Positions 51,877 to 61,580 are shown, counted from the first letter of the stretch. The stretch: DNA of 64,000 bases from a virus (IMGVR_UViG_643348549_000020), one strand, 5' to 3'. Made by a program: numbers and translations. The notes: a model not told the origin generated them from the letters alone.

Positions 51877-52143
51877 CATTCCTGCGTTAACCTGTTCCAT
51901 TGTGGTGATCCCGTTTTCCCGGAAAGCCAGAACCCACTGGCGGCGGATTTCGTTCAGTTCATTCTGGTCACGGTTAGCCAGGCTCGCCGGGAAAGTTGCC
52001 AGTAACTGCCTGAACACACCGTTGATGATCTGCGCTACCTGCTGTACCTGTGGCTTTTCGTCGTACTGTTCCGGCATGTTGTTGGCGATCCGGCGCATCT
52101 GCTCACAGTCAAAGTTAACCATTTGTGCGGCGATGTTTTTCAT
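51877..52143 (-). pseudogene. P: replication protein P, N-terminal fragment (disrupted by IS629)
   Basis: 89 aa matching the lambda P N-terminus, ending at the Met codon that forms the IS629 target duplication. Confidence 0.85.
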
Positions 52144-53069
52144 AAATCCACCCCATAAATCCAGTCAGTGTTTGTCAGGTCCAGTTTTGATTTTCCGGCT
52201 GTCACTCCAGCCTGTTGCTTGTTACGGTTGATTTCGAGTTGGGTCCACTTGTCACGGAGTTTGGCCGGACTTAGCACGTTACCGGACCAGAAGTTGTCCT
52301 GGCATGCCCAGCGGAACAGCACGCACATGTCGCGGTGGTTACGTCCGTCACGTTCACGCATCAGGCGGATATCGTTAGCCCACCCTGCAAAATTCGGTTT
52401 TCTGGCTGATGGCGCGATGGTCTTCACCATGTCAAACATCCACTCTGCGGCGGTCAGGTCTTCTGCTGTCCCCCACTTGCTGCCGCTCTGAATCGCAGCA
52501 TCCGGTTTCACCACAGGAAGGTCGTTTTCTGGCTGGTCAGAGGATTCGCCAGAATTCTCGGACGAATAAGGTTTTATATTGTCTTTTGTTATTTTGTCTT
52601 TTGTGTTTACCTGATTCGGGTAAACGTCTTTACCTGATTTGGGTAAACTTTTTTTACCTGATTCAGGTAAATTTACCTCTTTCAGGTAAACTTTATTTTT
52701 CTTACCTGATTCGGGTAATGTTGACCATTCACTGACCACATTATTAATGCCGGTATTCCGCCCGCTCTGAATAAGAATCCCACGCTTTACCAGAACGCTT
52801 TTTGCAGCAGAACACTTGTGCGGCAATATCCCGGTCAATTCGGAAAGTTGCTCGTTGCTCACCCAATCCAGTTTTTTATTAAAGCCATATGTTTTGCGCA
52901 TGACAGCCAGGAAGACCAGAAGCTGGTGCTGTGTTAATCCGGCCAGCATCACAGCTTCCAGCAACTCATTTGCAATGCGCGTATAACCATCATCGAGATC
53001 TGCCACGCGCGGCTCCTTTTGTGCCACATCCGGCACTGGAAAATTGAATATCTCAGCAGTGTTTGCCAT
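52140..53069 (-). CDS. O: replication initiator O
   Basis: Lambda O-like N-terminal DNA-binding domain (ADLDDGY...MRKTYGFNK); iterons inside the gene; start set at ATG 53069 with GGAGG Shine-Dalgarno. Confidence 0.85.
   Translation of the reverse strand: MANTAEIFNFPVPDVAQKEPRVADLDDGYTRIANELLEAVMLAGLTQHQLLVFLAVMRKTYGFNKKLDWVSNEQLSELTGILPHKCSAAKSVLVKRGILIQSGRNTGINNVVSEWSTLPESGKKNKVYLKEVNLPESGKKSLPKSGKDVYPNQVNTKDKITKDNIKPYSSENSGESSDQPENDLPVVKPDAAIQSGSKWGTAEDLTAAEWMFDMVKTIAPSARKPNFAGWANDIRLMRERDGRNHRDMCVLFRWACQDNFWSGNVLSPAKLRDKWTQLEINRNKQQAGVTAGKSKLDLTNTDWIYGVDL
52609..52720. repeat. origin iterons (five ~18-bp TACCTGATTCGGGTAAAC-like repeats) with adjacent AT-rich tract
   Basis: Copies at about 52609, 52631, 52656, 52674 and 52703, each an imperfect palindrome; AT-rich region 52570-52608. 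Confidence 0.7.
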
Positions 53070-53155
53070 AATTCCTCCCGCAATGAGTGCGTTACGATTT
53101 GCACCTGAAAGTCGGTTCTGTTCCAGCAGACCGGCTTTCGCCATTTCTGAACCTG

Positions 53156-53695
53156 TCATATTGCCCCCAGCATGGTGGTGACCATCGCCATCAGTGGACC
53201 AGCCAGATCTGGGTCCACACGAAACATCGACACAATACCTTCACTAATTTCCTTCAGTTTCTGGTGGCGTGGTGCGTTGAGAATGACAGCCTGTTTTGCC
53301 TCACTGAGTTCCTTTTCCATTTCAGCCAACCTAGCCATAAAGCTATCCTGCTCAACCAGGTAACCGCGATATTCCAGCGGTAGTACCGCCAGAATTGCCG
53401 GGGTCAGTTCACGCACGTTATTTCGGTATTTTTCAGAATCGAATTTGTTATCGAGGAAGCGGAACAGCTTCTGGCGTGCACGGCTGACATCATCAGGGAA
53501 ATCGATGGTGCCGCCGCCCTGCTCCCGATACTCATTCACAATGAGTGTGGCAACGACATCCTGATTATCTTCAGCCGACCAGGCGCGGACGGCATCACGG
53601 ATTTTTTCGTGGCCTGGCACCTGTTTTGTTTGAGAACGATTTATCACCGCAGTCGGGCTAAATCCGCTAGTCTGTTGGTATGTAAGTGGTTGCAT
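53156..53695 (-). CDS. CII-like early regulatory protein
   Basis: 179-aa ORF between cro and O, the cII position. Confidence 0.45.
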   Translation of the reverse strand: MQPLTYQQTSGFSPTAVINRSQTKQVPGHEKIRDAVRAWSAEDNQDVVATLIVNEYREQGGGTIDFPDDVSRARQKLFRFLDNKFDSEKYRNNVRELTPAILAVLPLEYRGYLVEQDSFMARLAEMEKELSEAKQAVILNAPRHQKLKEISEGIVSMFRVDPDLAGPLMAMVTTMLGAI

Positions 53696-53764
53696 AATTG
53701 ACTCCTTTAGTTTGAATTGACTGTTAAGTTGATTGCTTATTGTTAAAGAGCGTGAAATGGAAAT

Positions 53765-53995
53765 TTAAGCTGCGTTCTTTTCGGTGTGTGGAAACAACTT
53801 CGGAAGATCCGGGCGAATCTGGTGTGCCTTCACTACTCCACCAGTAGCCGTAACAATGCTGCCGACATGTTCAGGGGATACCTTTGCTTTGTTGTGAAGC
53901 CACTTATAGACGGCCTGCTGTGAAACTTCGCAAGCAGCGCCCAGTTTCTTTTGTGAACCAACGATATTGATCGCTGTTTTAATAGCTGGGTTCAT
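53765..53995 (-). CDS. cro: Cro-like repressor
   Basis: 76-aa HTH protein divergent from cI. Confidence 0.7.
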   Translation of the reverse strand: MNPAIKTAINIVGSQKKLGAACEVSQQAVYKWLHNKAKVSPEHVGSIVTATGGVVKAHQIRPDLPKLFPHTEKNAA

Positions 53996-54099
53996 AACAA
54001 CCTCCGTGGTTAATTTGAATCAAGATTAAAACTATGGTTGTTTTTAGTCAACAACCATTTTCGTTTGATGGAATAAAACCTTGGTTGTACATTTGAACT
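53996..54099. promoter_or_regulatory. divergent PR/PRM-type promoter-operator region
   Basis: 104-bp intergenic region with inverted repeats (ATGGTTG ... CAACCAT) between cro and cI. Confidence 0.5.
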
Positions 54100-54789
54100 A
54101 TGAAAACAACACTCTCAGAAAGACTTAAAGAAGCCAGATTAGCGCGAGGCCTTACACAAAAGGCGCTTGGGGATTTGGTCGGGGTTAGCCAAGCTGCTAT
54201 TCAGAAAATCGAAACAGGGAAAGCTAATCAAACAACTAAAATCGTGGAGATCGCGAACGCTTTGGGTGTGCGCGCAGAATGGTTATCTTCTGGCGTTGGA
54301 AATATGTCAGACAGTACAGTGCAACCAATACAACCAACTGTCAGCCATTCCAAATACTTTAAGATTGACGTTCTTGATATAGAAGTGAGTGCCGGGCCGG
54401 GTGTCATCAACCGTGAGTTTGTAGAAGTCCTACGCTCGGTTGAGTACTCGTTTGACGATGCTCGTCACATGTTCGATGGCAGGAAGGCAGAAAATATCCG
54501 CATCATTAACGTACGCGGTGACAGCATGTCAGGAACGATTGAACCTGGTGATCTGCTGTTCGTTGATATCACGGTTAAATCTTTCGACGGTGATGGTATC
54601 TATGCGTTTCTGTACGACGACACAGCCCATGTAAAGCGCCTGCAAATGATGAAGGATAAACTGCTGGTTATCTCTGATAACAAGAGCTACTCACCGTGGG
54701 ACCCAATCGAGAAAGACGAGATGAACCGGGTGTTTATCTTCGGGAAAGTTATTGGGAGCATGCCGCAGACGTATAGGAAGCATGGATAG
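54100..54789 (+). CDS. cI: CI-like repressor with LexA/S24 autopeptidase domain
   Basis: 229 aa; N-terminal HTH; C-terminal S24 peptidase region (GDSMSG... with downstream Lys). Confidence 0.9.
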   Translation: MKTTLSERLKEARLARGLTQKALGDLVGVSQAAIQKIETGKANQTTKIVEIANALGVRAEWLSSGVGNMSDSTVQPIQPTVSHSKYFKIDVLDIEVSAGPGVINREFVEVLRSVEYSFDDARHMFDGRKAENIRIINVRGDSMSGTIEPGDLLFVDITVKSFDGDGIYAFLYDDTAHVKRLQMMKDKLLVISDNKSYSPWDPIEKDEMNRVFIFGKVIGSMPQTYRKHG

Positions 54790-54869
54790 TACCAATTAAA
54801 AATTATCAACCGGGCATTGTGCTCATTCAGTAAAACAACTTAATTATTCATTTTAGAATGGAGAACTTA

Positions 54870-55931
54870 ATGGATACTTTAAAATATGAGAAATTCTCTG
54901 ATTTTGATCACAATGACCCATTTTTTGACTCTTTAAAAAAAGATTATAAAGAGTTTCCTCTTTGGTTAGAAAAAAAAGCCAGAGAAGGAGAATCAGCTTA
55001 TGTGCTCTATGATGACAAGCATAAAATCGAAGGTTTTATGTATCTAAAAGAAAATGATGATGCAAATGACATTAATCCAGCGCTCCCACCAGGACGTCAT
55101 CTAAAGATAGGAACATTCAAATTTGAATCTAAAGGCACCCTTCGCGGACAACGATTTCTAAAAAAAGCGTTTGACCATGCATTTTCATCAAAATCTGATG
55201 ATATTTATGTTACTGTTTTCGACAAACACGTCCATCTAATAAAACTTTTCCAAACGTACGGATTTTACATTCATGGTGAAAAAGAAACACATAACGGGAA
55301 AGAGTTTGTATATGCGAGGTCTTTGCATGAGCCTTATGGTGATATTTTATTAGATTACCCTCGAATAATGACATCAAGAGCCAACAAATATTTACTGGCG
55401 ATTTATCCCGAATATCACACTAGACTATTCCCTGATTCAAAACTTGTAAATGAATCACCAGATATTGTCAAAGATATATCCCATGCTAACAGCATTCATA
55501 AAATTTACATATGTGGAATGCGTTCTGTGATGGGAATGAAAAGAGGAGATATCATTGTCATCTATAGAACCGGAGACAAAAAAGGGCCAGCTCGCTATCG
55601 TTCTGTAGCCAGTACATTATGTGTAGTTGAGAGCGTAAAAAATATTTCTGAATTTTTAAGCGAAGATAGTTTTGTAGACTATTGTATTCGTTTTAGCGTA
55701 TTTTCTGAAGATGAACTCAGAAAAATCTATAAAGAACGTCGATACCCTTTCATTATAAGATTCACATACAATCTGTCTTTGCCAAAGAGACCCAATCGTG
55801 CTATTTTAATAGATCATGTGGGGCTAAATGGTTCGCGTGCATTCCGATGGAGTCACTTTAAACTCACAAATGAGCAGTTCTTAAAGATCATCGAGTTAGG
55901 CAAGATAAATGAAAGTTTTATTATCCATTAA
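54870..55931 (+). CDS. unknown-function protein, first gene of cI-adjacent moron operon (possible GNAT-like N-terminal domain)
   Basis: 353 aa from second ATG (GGAG Shine-Dalgarno 6 nt upstream); AT-rich relative to flanking phage genes; N-terminal ~150 aa has a GNAT-like pattern (...LFQTYGFYIHGEK); start 68 nt after the cI stop. Confidence 0.55.
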   Translation: MDTLKYEKFSDFDHNDPFFDSLKKDYKEFPLWLEKKAREGESAYVLYDDKHKIEGFMYLKENDDANDINPALPPGRHLKIGTFKFESKGTLRGQRFLKKAFDHAFSSKSDDIYVTVFDKHVHLIKLFQTYGFYIHGEKETHNGKEFVYARSLHEPYGDILLDYPRIMTSRANKYLLAIYPEYHTRLFPDSKLVNESPDIVKDISHANSIHKIYICGMRSVMGMKRGDIIVIYRTGDKKGPARYRSVASTLCVVESVKNISEFLSEDSFVDYCIRFSVFSEDELRKIYKERRYPFIIRFTYNLSLPKRPNRAILIDHVGLNGSRAFRWSHFKLTNEQFLKIIELGKINESFIIH

Positions 55932-56286
55932 GCCTGAGTTTGCAGAAAAAATATTGAACGGAACAAAGCGGTTCGAGTTTCGTAAAGGTATATTCAAAAA
56001 TCCGCAAATTAGCACCGTTGTTATTTATGCCACGATGCCATTAGGTAAAGTTGTTGGTCAATTCCGTATTGAATCAATACTAAGTGACGAACCGGAATCT
56101 CTTTGGAAAAAGACGGAAAAACACGCAGGTATTTCTAAGCAATTTTATGACTCATATTATTCAGGTAGAGAAAAGGCCTACGCAATAAAAATTGGTGAAG
56201 TGGAAAGATATAAAGAACCAATTCCTATCTCTGCTCTAGGTAGTAATATTAAGCCACCACAATCATATCTTTACCTACCTGCGTAA
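55909..56286 (+). CDS. ASCH-domain (PUA-like) protein, second gene of cI-adjacent moron operon
   Basis: 125 aa; N-terminal ILNGTKRFEFR fits the ASCH GxKxxExR motif; start overlaps the end of the upstream gene by 23 nt. Confidence 0.6.
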   Translation: MKVLLSIKPEFAEKILNGTKRFEFRKGIFKNPQISTVVIYATMPLGKVVGQFRIESILSDEPESLWKKTEKHAGISKQFYDSYYSGREKAYAIKIGEVERYKEPIPISALGSNIKPPQSYLYLPA

Positions 56287-56290
56287 GAAT

Positions 56291-56317
56291 CCCGGCCACC
56301 GTGCCGGGTTTTCTTTT
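56291..56317 (+). terminator. rho-independent terminator after the cI-moron operon
   Basis: CCCGGC-loop-GCCGGG hairpin followed by TTTTCTTTT, 5 nt after the ASCH gene stop. Confidence 0.6.
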
Positions 56318-56682
56318 GCCCCTCCCCCTCATCACACAAACCATTCAAAAAACCACCACGACCTCGCTTCAGTTATCGCTATGCGATGCAAGTCACAAAA
56401 TAAATCCATCCTAAATACAACCATTTACATCTAAAAAAACCAATAAAACAACTTTTGTTGTTGACGACAAAACAACTATAGTTTTAAATAAATTCATCGC
56501 AACAACACAACGATACGGCAACCACCTGATTCACCGTTGCGATGACCGCTTAGATCCGCAGCTTGAATTTCAGCAGGCTCCGGGAAGTGCGAGGGGTGAA
56601 GTGGACGCGTGAACGTCGGTGTGACCAGCTGAAATCAACTCAACACCTCATACCTCAGTCGCTTCAACGAGGCGGCTTAGTT

Positions 56683-56973
56683 ATGACAACCGGCGGCCAT
56701 CCACCGCCTGAATACGCGCAGAAGTCTCTATATGTTCAGCAGCCCAGCTTACGGGCAGGAGTTTTTATGGTTCATCAACATTACGGAACGCAGACCGTTA
56801 ATCGCGGTGCGGTCATGCCAGGAATGCTGGTCAAACACAAAGATGGTACCTGGACTGCATCAGCTAATTTACGCGGACGGCTTTATCTGCATCGCGGCAT
56901 CGAGCGCACTTATACCCGTGATTTGCTCGTGGAAGTTTTTCTCGACGGACGCGGCAACGGCCTGAATCACTAA
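56683..56973 (+). CDS. hypothetical early-left protein upstream of gam
   Basis: 96-aa ORF from ATG (track start is TTG) with GAGG Shine-Dalgarno. Confidence 0.35.
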   Translation: MTTGGHPPPEYAQKSLYVQQPSLRAGVFMVHQHYGTQTVNRGAVMPGMLVKHKDGTWTASANLRGRLYLHRGIERTYTRDLLVEVFLDGRGNGLNH

Positions 56974-57048
56974 TCCCCTTTCCTGTTTACCTAATCAGCC
57001 CGGCATTTCGCGGGCGATATATTCACAGCCATTTTCAGGAGTTCAGCC

Positions 57049-57345
57049 ATGAACGCTTATTACATTCAGGATCGTCTTGAGGCTCAGAGCTGGGCGCGTC
57101 ATTACCAGCAGATTGCCCGTGAAGAGAAAGAGGCAGAACTGGCAGACGACATGGAAAAAGGTCTTCCACAGCACCTGTTTGAATCACTCTGCATCGATCA
57201 TTTGCAACGCCACGGGGCCAGCAAAAAAGCCATTACCCGTGCGTTTGATGACGATGTTGAGTTTCAGGAGCGCATGGCAGAACACATCCGGTACATGGTT
57301 GAAACCATTGCTCACCACCAGGTTGATATTGATTCAGAGGTATAA
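57049..57345 (+). CDS. gam: Gam (RecBCD inhibitor), short form
   Basis: 98 aa, near-identical to lambda GamS ([21 protein letters not shown]...). Confidence 0.9.
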   Translation: MNAYYIQDRLEAQSWARHYQQIAREEKEAELADDMEKGLPQHLFESLCIDHLQRHGASKKAITRAFDDDVEFQERMAEHIRYMVETIAHHQVDIDSEV

Positions 57346-57350
57346 AACGG

Positions 57351-58136
57351 ATGAGTACAGCACTCGCAACGCTGGCAGGGAAGCTGGCTGAACGTGTCGG
57401 CATGGATTCTGTCGACCCACAGGAACTGATCACCACTCTTCGCCAGACGGCATTTAAAGGTGATGCCAGCGATGCGCAGTTCATCGCATTGTTGATCGTC
57501 GCCAACCAGTACGGCCTTAATCCGTGGACGAAAGAAATTTACGCCTTCCCTGATAAGCAGAACGGCATCGTTCCGGTGGTGGGCGTTGATGGCTGGTCCC
57601 GCATCATCAACGAAAACCAGCAGTTTGATGGCATGGACTTTGAGCAGGACAATGAATCCTGCACATGCCGGATTTACCGCAAGGACCGTAATCATCCGAT
57701 CTGCGTTACCGAGTGGATGGATGAATGCCGCCGCGAACCATTCAAAACCCGCGAAGGCAGAGAAATCACGGGGCCGTGGCAGTCGCATCCCAAACGGATG
57801 TTACGTCATAAAGCCATGATTCAGTGTGCCCGTCTCGCCTTCGGATTTGCTGGTATCTATGACAAGGATGAAGCCGAGCGCATTGTCGAAAATACCGCAT
57901 ACACTGCAGAACGTCAGCCGGAACGCGACATCACTCCGGTTAACGATGAAACCATGCAGGAAATTAACACTCTGCTGATCGCCCTGGATAAAACATGGGA
58001 TGACGACTTATTGCCGCTCTGTTCCCAGATATTTCGCCGCGACATTCGTGCATCGTCAGAACTGACACAGGCCGAAGCAGTAAAAGCTCTTGGATTCCTG
58101 AAACAAAAAGCCACTGAACAGAAGGTGGCAGCATGA
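57351..58136 (+). CDS. bet: Bet (Red-beta single-strand annealing protein)
   Basis: 261 aa, near-identical to lambda Bet. Confidence 0.95.
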   Translation: MSTALATLAGKLAERVGMDSVDPQELITTLRQTAFKGDASDAQFIALLIVANQYGLNPWTKEIYAFPDKQNGIVPVVGVDGWSRIINENQQFDGMDFEQDNESCTCRIYRKDRNHPICVTEWMDECRREPFKTREGREITGPWQSHPKRMLRHKAMIQCARLAFGFAGIYDKDEAERIVENTAYTAERQPERDITPVNDETMQEINTLLIALDKTWDDDLLPLCSQIFRRDIRASSELTQAEAVKALGFLKQKATEQKVAA

Positions 58137-58810
58137 CACCGGACATTATCCTGCAGCGTACTGGGATCGACGTGAGAGCTGTCGAACAGGGAGATGATGC
58201 GTGGCACAAATTACGGCTCGGCGTCATCACAGCTTCAGAAATTCACAACGTAATAGCAAAACCCCGATCAGGAAAGAAGTGGCCTGACATGAAAATGTCC
58301 TACTTCCACACCCTGCTGGCTGAGGTTTGCACCGGTGTGGCTCCGGAAGTTAACGCTAAGGCTCTGGCCTGGGGAAAACAGTACGAGAACGACGCCAGAA
58401 CCCTCTTTGAGTTCACTTCCGGCGTGAATGTTACTGAATCCCCGATCATCTATCGCGACGAAAGTATGCGCACCGCCTGCTCTCCCGATGGTTTATGCAG
58501 TGACGGCAACGGCCTTGAGCTGAAATGCCCGTTTACCTCCCGGGATTTCATGAAGTTCCGGCTCGGTGGTTTCGAGGCCATAAAATCGGCTTACATGGCC
58601 CAGGTGCAGTACAGCATGTGGGTGACACGAAAAGATGCCTGGTACTTTGCCAACTATGACCCGCGCATGAAGCGTGAAGGCCTGCATTATGTCGTGATTG
58701 AGCGGAATGAAAAGTACATGGCGAGTTTTGACGAGATGGTGCCGGAGTTCATCGAAAAAATGGACGAGGCACTGGCTGAAATTGGTTTTGTATATGGGGA
58801 GCAATGGTAA
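58133..58810 (+). CDS. exo: lambda exonuclease (Red-alpha)
   Basis: 225 aa, near-identical to lambda Exo. Confidence 0.95.
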   Translation: MTPDIILQRTGIDVRAVEQGDDAWHKLRLGVITASEIHNVIAKPRSGKKWPDMKMSYFHTLLAEVCTGVAPEVNAKALAWGKQYENDARTLFEFTSGVNVTESPIIYRDESMRTACSPDGLCSDGNGLELKCPFTSRDFMKFRLGGFEAIKSAYMAQVQYSMWVTRKDAWYFANYDPRMKREGLHYVVIERNEKYMASFDEMVPEFIEKMDEALAEIGFVYGEQW

Positions 58811-58992
58811 TGAAGCATCCTCACGATAATATCCGGGTAGGCACGATCACTTTCGTCTACTCCGTTACAAAGCGAGGCTGGGTATTTCCCGGCCTTTCTG
58901 TTATCCGAAATCCACTGAAAGCACAGCGGCTGGCTGAAGAGATAAATAATAAACGAGGGGCTGTATGCACAAAGCATCTCCTGTTGAATTAA
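58804..58992 (+). CDS. hypothetical early-left protein
   Basis: 62-aa ORF with ATG start overlapping the exo stop. Confidence 0.4.
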   Translation: MVMKHPHDNIRVGTITFVYSVTKRGWVFPGLSVIRNPLKAQRLAEEINNKRGAVCTKHLLLN

Positions 58993-59156
58993 GAACGAGT
59001 ATCGGGATGGCACATAGCCTCGCTCAAATTGGAGTCAGGTTTGTGCCAATACCAGTAGAAACAGACGAAGAATTTCATACGTTAGCCACATCCCTTTCAC
59101 AAAAGCTGGAAATGATGGCGGCGAAAGCAGAAGCAAACGAGAGAGACCCGGCATGA
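58965..59156 (+). CDS. hypothetical early-left protein
   Basis: 63-aa ORF with ATG start. Confidence 0.4.
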   Translation: MHKASPVELRTSIGMAHSLAQIGVRFVPIPVETDEEFHTLATSLSQKLEMMAAKAEANERDPA

Positions 59157-59232
59157 CAACAACAGAATGCATTTTTCTGGCAGCAGGCTTCATATTCTGT
59201 GTGCTTATGCTTGCCGACATGGGACTTGTTCA

Positions 59233-59448
59233 ATGACACCTCAGCAGGAAAACGCCCTTCGCAGCATTGCCCGTCAGGCTAATTCTGAAATCAAAAAAGC
59301 CAGACAGCAGTTTCCGGATAAAAACGTCGATGACATTTGCCGTAGCGTACTGAAGAAGCACCGCGAAACGGTAACGCTAATGGGATTCACACCGACTCAT
59401 TTAAGTCTGGCGATCGGCATGTTAAACGGCGTCTTTAAGGAGCGATGA
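59233..59448 (+). CDS. hypothetical early-left protein
   Basis: 72-aa ORF from internal ATG (MTPQQENALRSIA...). Confidence 0.4.
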   Translation: MTPQQENALRSIARQANSEIKKARQQFPDKNVDDICRSVLKKHRETVTLMGFTPTHLSLAIGMLNGVFKER

Positions 59449-59546
59449 ACATGAAAAGCAAAATCATCAGGGAGCTACAGGCTCCTTTTTTATTGTTCGC
59501 ATTCACCCTCAAGCGTATTAACCAACAATTCAGGGATTAATGGAAG

Positions 59547-59768
59547 ATGGCAGACATCATTGATTCAGCATCAGAAATTGAAGAATTACAGCGCAATACA
59601 GCAATAAAAATGCGTCGCCTGAACTACCAGACTGTATCCGCAACTCATTGTTGTGAGTGTGGCGATCCGATAGATGAACGAAGACGCCTGGCAGTTCAGG
59701 GTTGTCGGACTTGTGCAAGTTGCCAGGAGGATCTGGAGCTTATCAGTAAACAGAGAGGTTCGAAGTGA
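59547..59768 (+). CDS. DksA/TraR-type C4 zinc-finger protein
   Basis: 73 aa with CxxC...CxxC (CCECGDP...CRTCASC) spacing typical of TraR/DksA zinc fingers. Confidence 0.55.
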   Translation: MADIIDSASEIEELQRNTAIKMRRLNYQTVSATHCCECGDPIDERRRLAVQGCRTCASCQEDLELISKQRGSK

Positions 59769-60712
59769 GCGAAATTAATTATCAGGCACTGCGTGAAAAG
59801 GCAGAGAAAGCAACTAAAGGAAGCTACATCGTAGGGCATACATCTGTTAACCAGCACGGCAATTTAACAGGAGTTTTTGTTTGCCAAAAATGGAAAGGAG
59901 AACCCGGTGGTGTGATTGCGGAATGTCATGTTAACTGCCTGGTTGAAACAGATGTTCAGGCTTATGCAAACGCTGAATTTATTGCTGCCTTTAATCCAAA
60001 TGTTGCGCTGGCGCTTCTGGATGAACGGGAAAGAAACCAGCAATACATCAAACGCCGCGACCAGGAGAACGAGGAGATTGCGCTTACGGTTGGGAAGCTG
60101 CGTGTTGAGCTTGAAGCAGCAAAATCAAAACTCAACGAGCAGCGTGAATATTACGAGGGAGTAATCGCGGATGGAAGTAAGCGCATAGCAGAACTGGAAA
60201 AACAATGCGCCGAATGGGAGCGAAAAGCATTAAGCAACTTTGAAGAGTGTGCTGCGATGGCTGAACGTATCGAAGAGATGCAGACAAAATCTGCACCAGA
60301 TTCGTTTGGCATCATCGGTGAAAATATTCGAACACAGGACAATCGAATAACGTCAGATCCCATGTTTTGTGTGTATCAAAAGCGCGAAATCGCTGTTGAT
60401 GCTGATTATGACCATGACCGGATTGTCTGGGTTGACGAAGATGGCAATGAAGCCAATAAACGCCATAGTCGTCGTCTCGAGCTACTTCATGAAAACTTTC
60501 GAGAGCCACCAGAAAAATGGCGGCGCGTTGCTGTGAAAGATATTGATGAATTCGTTACCTGCTGTTTCACCGAACAGGGTTGTAAAGACTACCTGGCAGT
60601 CAATGGTCACAATCTTCGCTTGCCATTTATATATGTAAAAAGCGGTTTCAGGAACGCTGAATATATCGGCATAAGAAACTGGCTTGCTGGCATTCGCATC
60701 AAAGGAGAGTGA
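59765..60712 (+). CDS. Ead/Ea22-like protein
   Basis: 315 aa with central coiled-coil; position between exo-side genes and xis as for lambda ea22. Confidence 0.55.
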   Translation: MSEINYQALREKAEKATKGSYIVGHTSVNQHGNLTGVFVCQKWKGEPGGVIAECHVNCLVETDVQAYANAEFIAAFNPNVALALLDERERNQQYIKRRDQENEEIALTVGKLRVELEAAKSKLNEQREYYEGVIADGSKRIAELEKQCAEWERKALSNFEECAAMAERIEEMQTKSAPDSFGIIGENIRTQDNRITSDPMFCVYQKREIAVDADYDHDRIVWVDEDGNEANKRHSRRLELLHENFREPPEKWRRVAVKDIDEFVTCCFTEQGCKDYLAVNGHNLRLPFIYVKSGFRNAEYIGIRNWLAGIRIKGE

Positions 60713-60867
60713 TATGGCGTTAACACACCGCGAACTCTGTCAGATTGCGTACAAGTTCCTTAAGCGCAACGGTTTCAAGGTTTGTTTTCATGACCGCTTT
60801 ATAGCTGTAACCAGTACCGGAGAACAGCCAGATGCTATGGGATTCAGAAATTCAGCATCATGCCTGA

Positions 60868-61227
60868 TTGGCGAAATGTTCTCGTGCTGACTTGTTGGCA
60901 GATAGAAAAAAGCGTTTTCGTAAAAATCCGTCTCTTGGAATGGGCGACTGGCGATTCTTTATTAGTGAGCCGGGAATTATTTCAATTGAGGATTTACCAC
61001 CTGGCTGGGGATTACTTCACGTTGTTAACGGAAGAGTACGGAAAGTACATGGGTGGCCCAAGGGTAATTGCTGTTGGGGTAATCCTGACGATAAGCCATT
61101 TACTGGAAATAAGCAGGTTGAATGCGATTACATGTTGTCTGCATTAAGGCGCATGGAGTTGAGAGGGCACCTTAATGAAATATATGACGGTGTAATTGTT
61201 AATAAGAAAGAAGGAAACGCGGCATGA
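60868..61227 (+). CDS. hypothetical protein (TTG start; possibly the 3' part of a frameshifted gene)
   Basis: 119-aa ORF; an upstream ORF in another frame (60714-60890) overlaps it. Confidence 0.3.
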   Translation: MAKCSRADLLADRKKRFRKNPSLGMGDWRFFISEPGIISIEDLPPGWGLLHVVNGRVRKVHGWPKGNCCWGNPDDKPFTGNKQVECDYMLSALRRMELRGHLNEIYDGVIVNKKEGNAA

Positions 61228-61580
61228 CCACTATTACCGACAAAGAACTGATTAAAGAAATCAAAGAGCGCATAGGCAGCCTGGACGTTCGAGACAATAT
61301 TGAGCGCCGTGCTTATGAAATTGCACTGGCATCGCTGGAAGCAGAACCGATAGCGTGGGAATGCGGTGAAAACATAATCCTGTTTAACCCTGACACAGTT
61401 GAAGCATACGCAAAACGTGCGGAAATATCACCTAAACCACTATTCTCCGCGCCGCCAGCGCTGGTAGTGCCTGATAAGTTGCCGCGTGAATACAGAAACG
61501 GTTGGCCTCTTGCGTATAGTGATTATGCTGAAGGCTGGAACGACTGCCGCGAAGCCATGCTTCAGGGAGATAAATCATGA
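61224..61580 (+). CDS. hypothetical prophage protein (paralogue of 3344-3715)
   Basis: 118 aa; C-terminal ~86 aa identical to the first-prophage copy. Confidence 0.5.
   Translation: MTTITDKELIKEIKERIGSLDVRDNIERRAYEIALASLEAEPIAWECGENIILFNPDTVEAYAKRAEISPKPLFSAPPALVVPDKLPREYRNGWPLAYSDYAEGWNDCREAMLQGDKS

Noticed and set aside
52609-52720. Possible CRISPR-like short repeats
   Set aside because: The repeats are tandem imperfect palindromes with no unique spacers of regular length and sit inside the O reading frame next to an AT-rich tract, which is the signature of a lambdoid replication origin.
56563-56682. Arg-rich N-terminal extension (TTG start) suggesting an N-like antiterminator
   Set aside because: Depends on a TTG start with no Shine-Dalgarno; the downstream ATG at 56683 has a better ribosome-binding site and no boxA/boxB-like nut site was evident. 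Left as an unresolved possibility.
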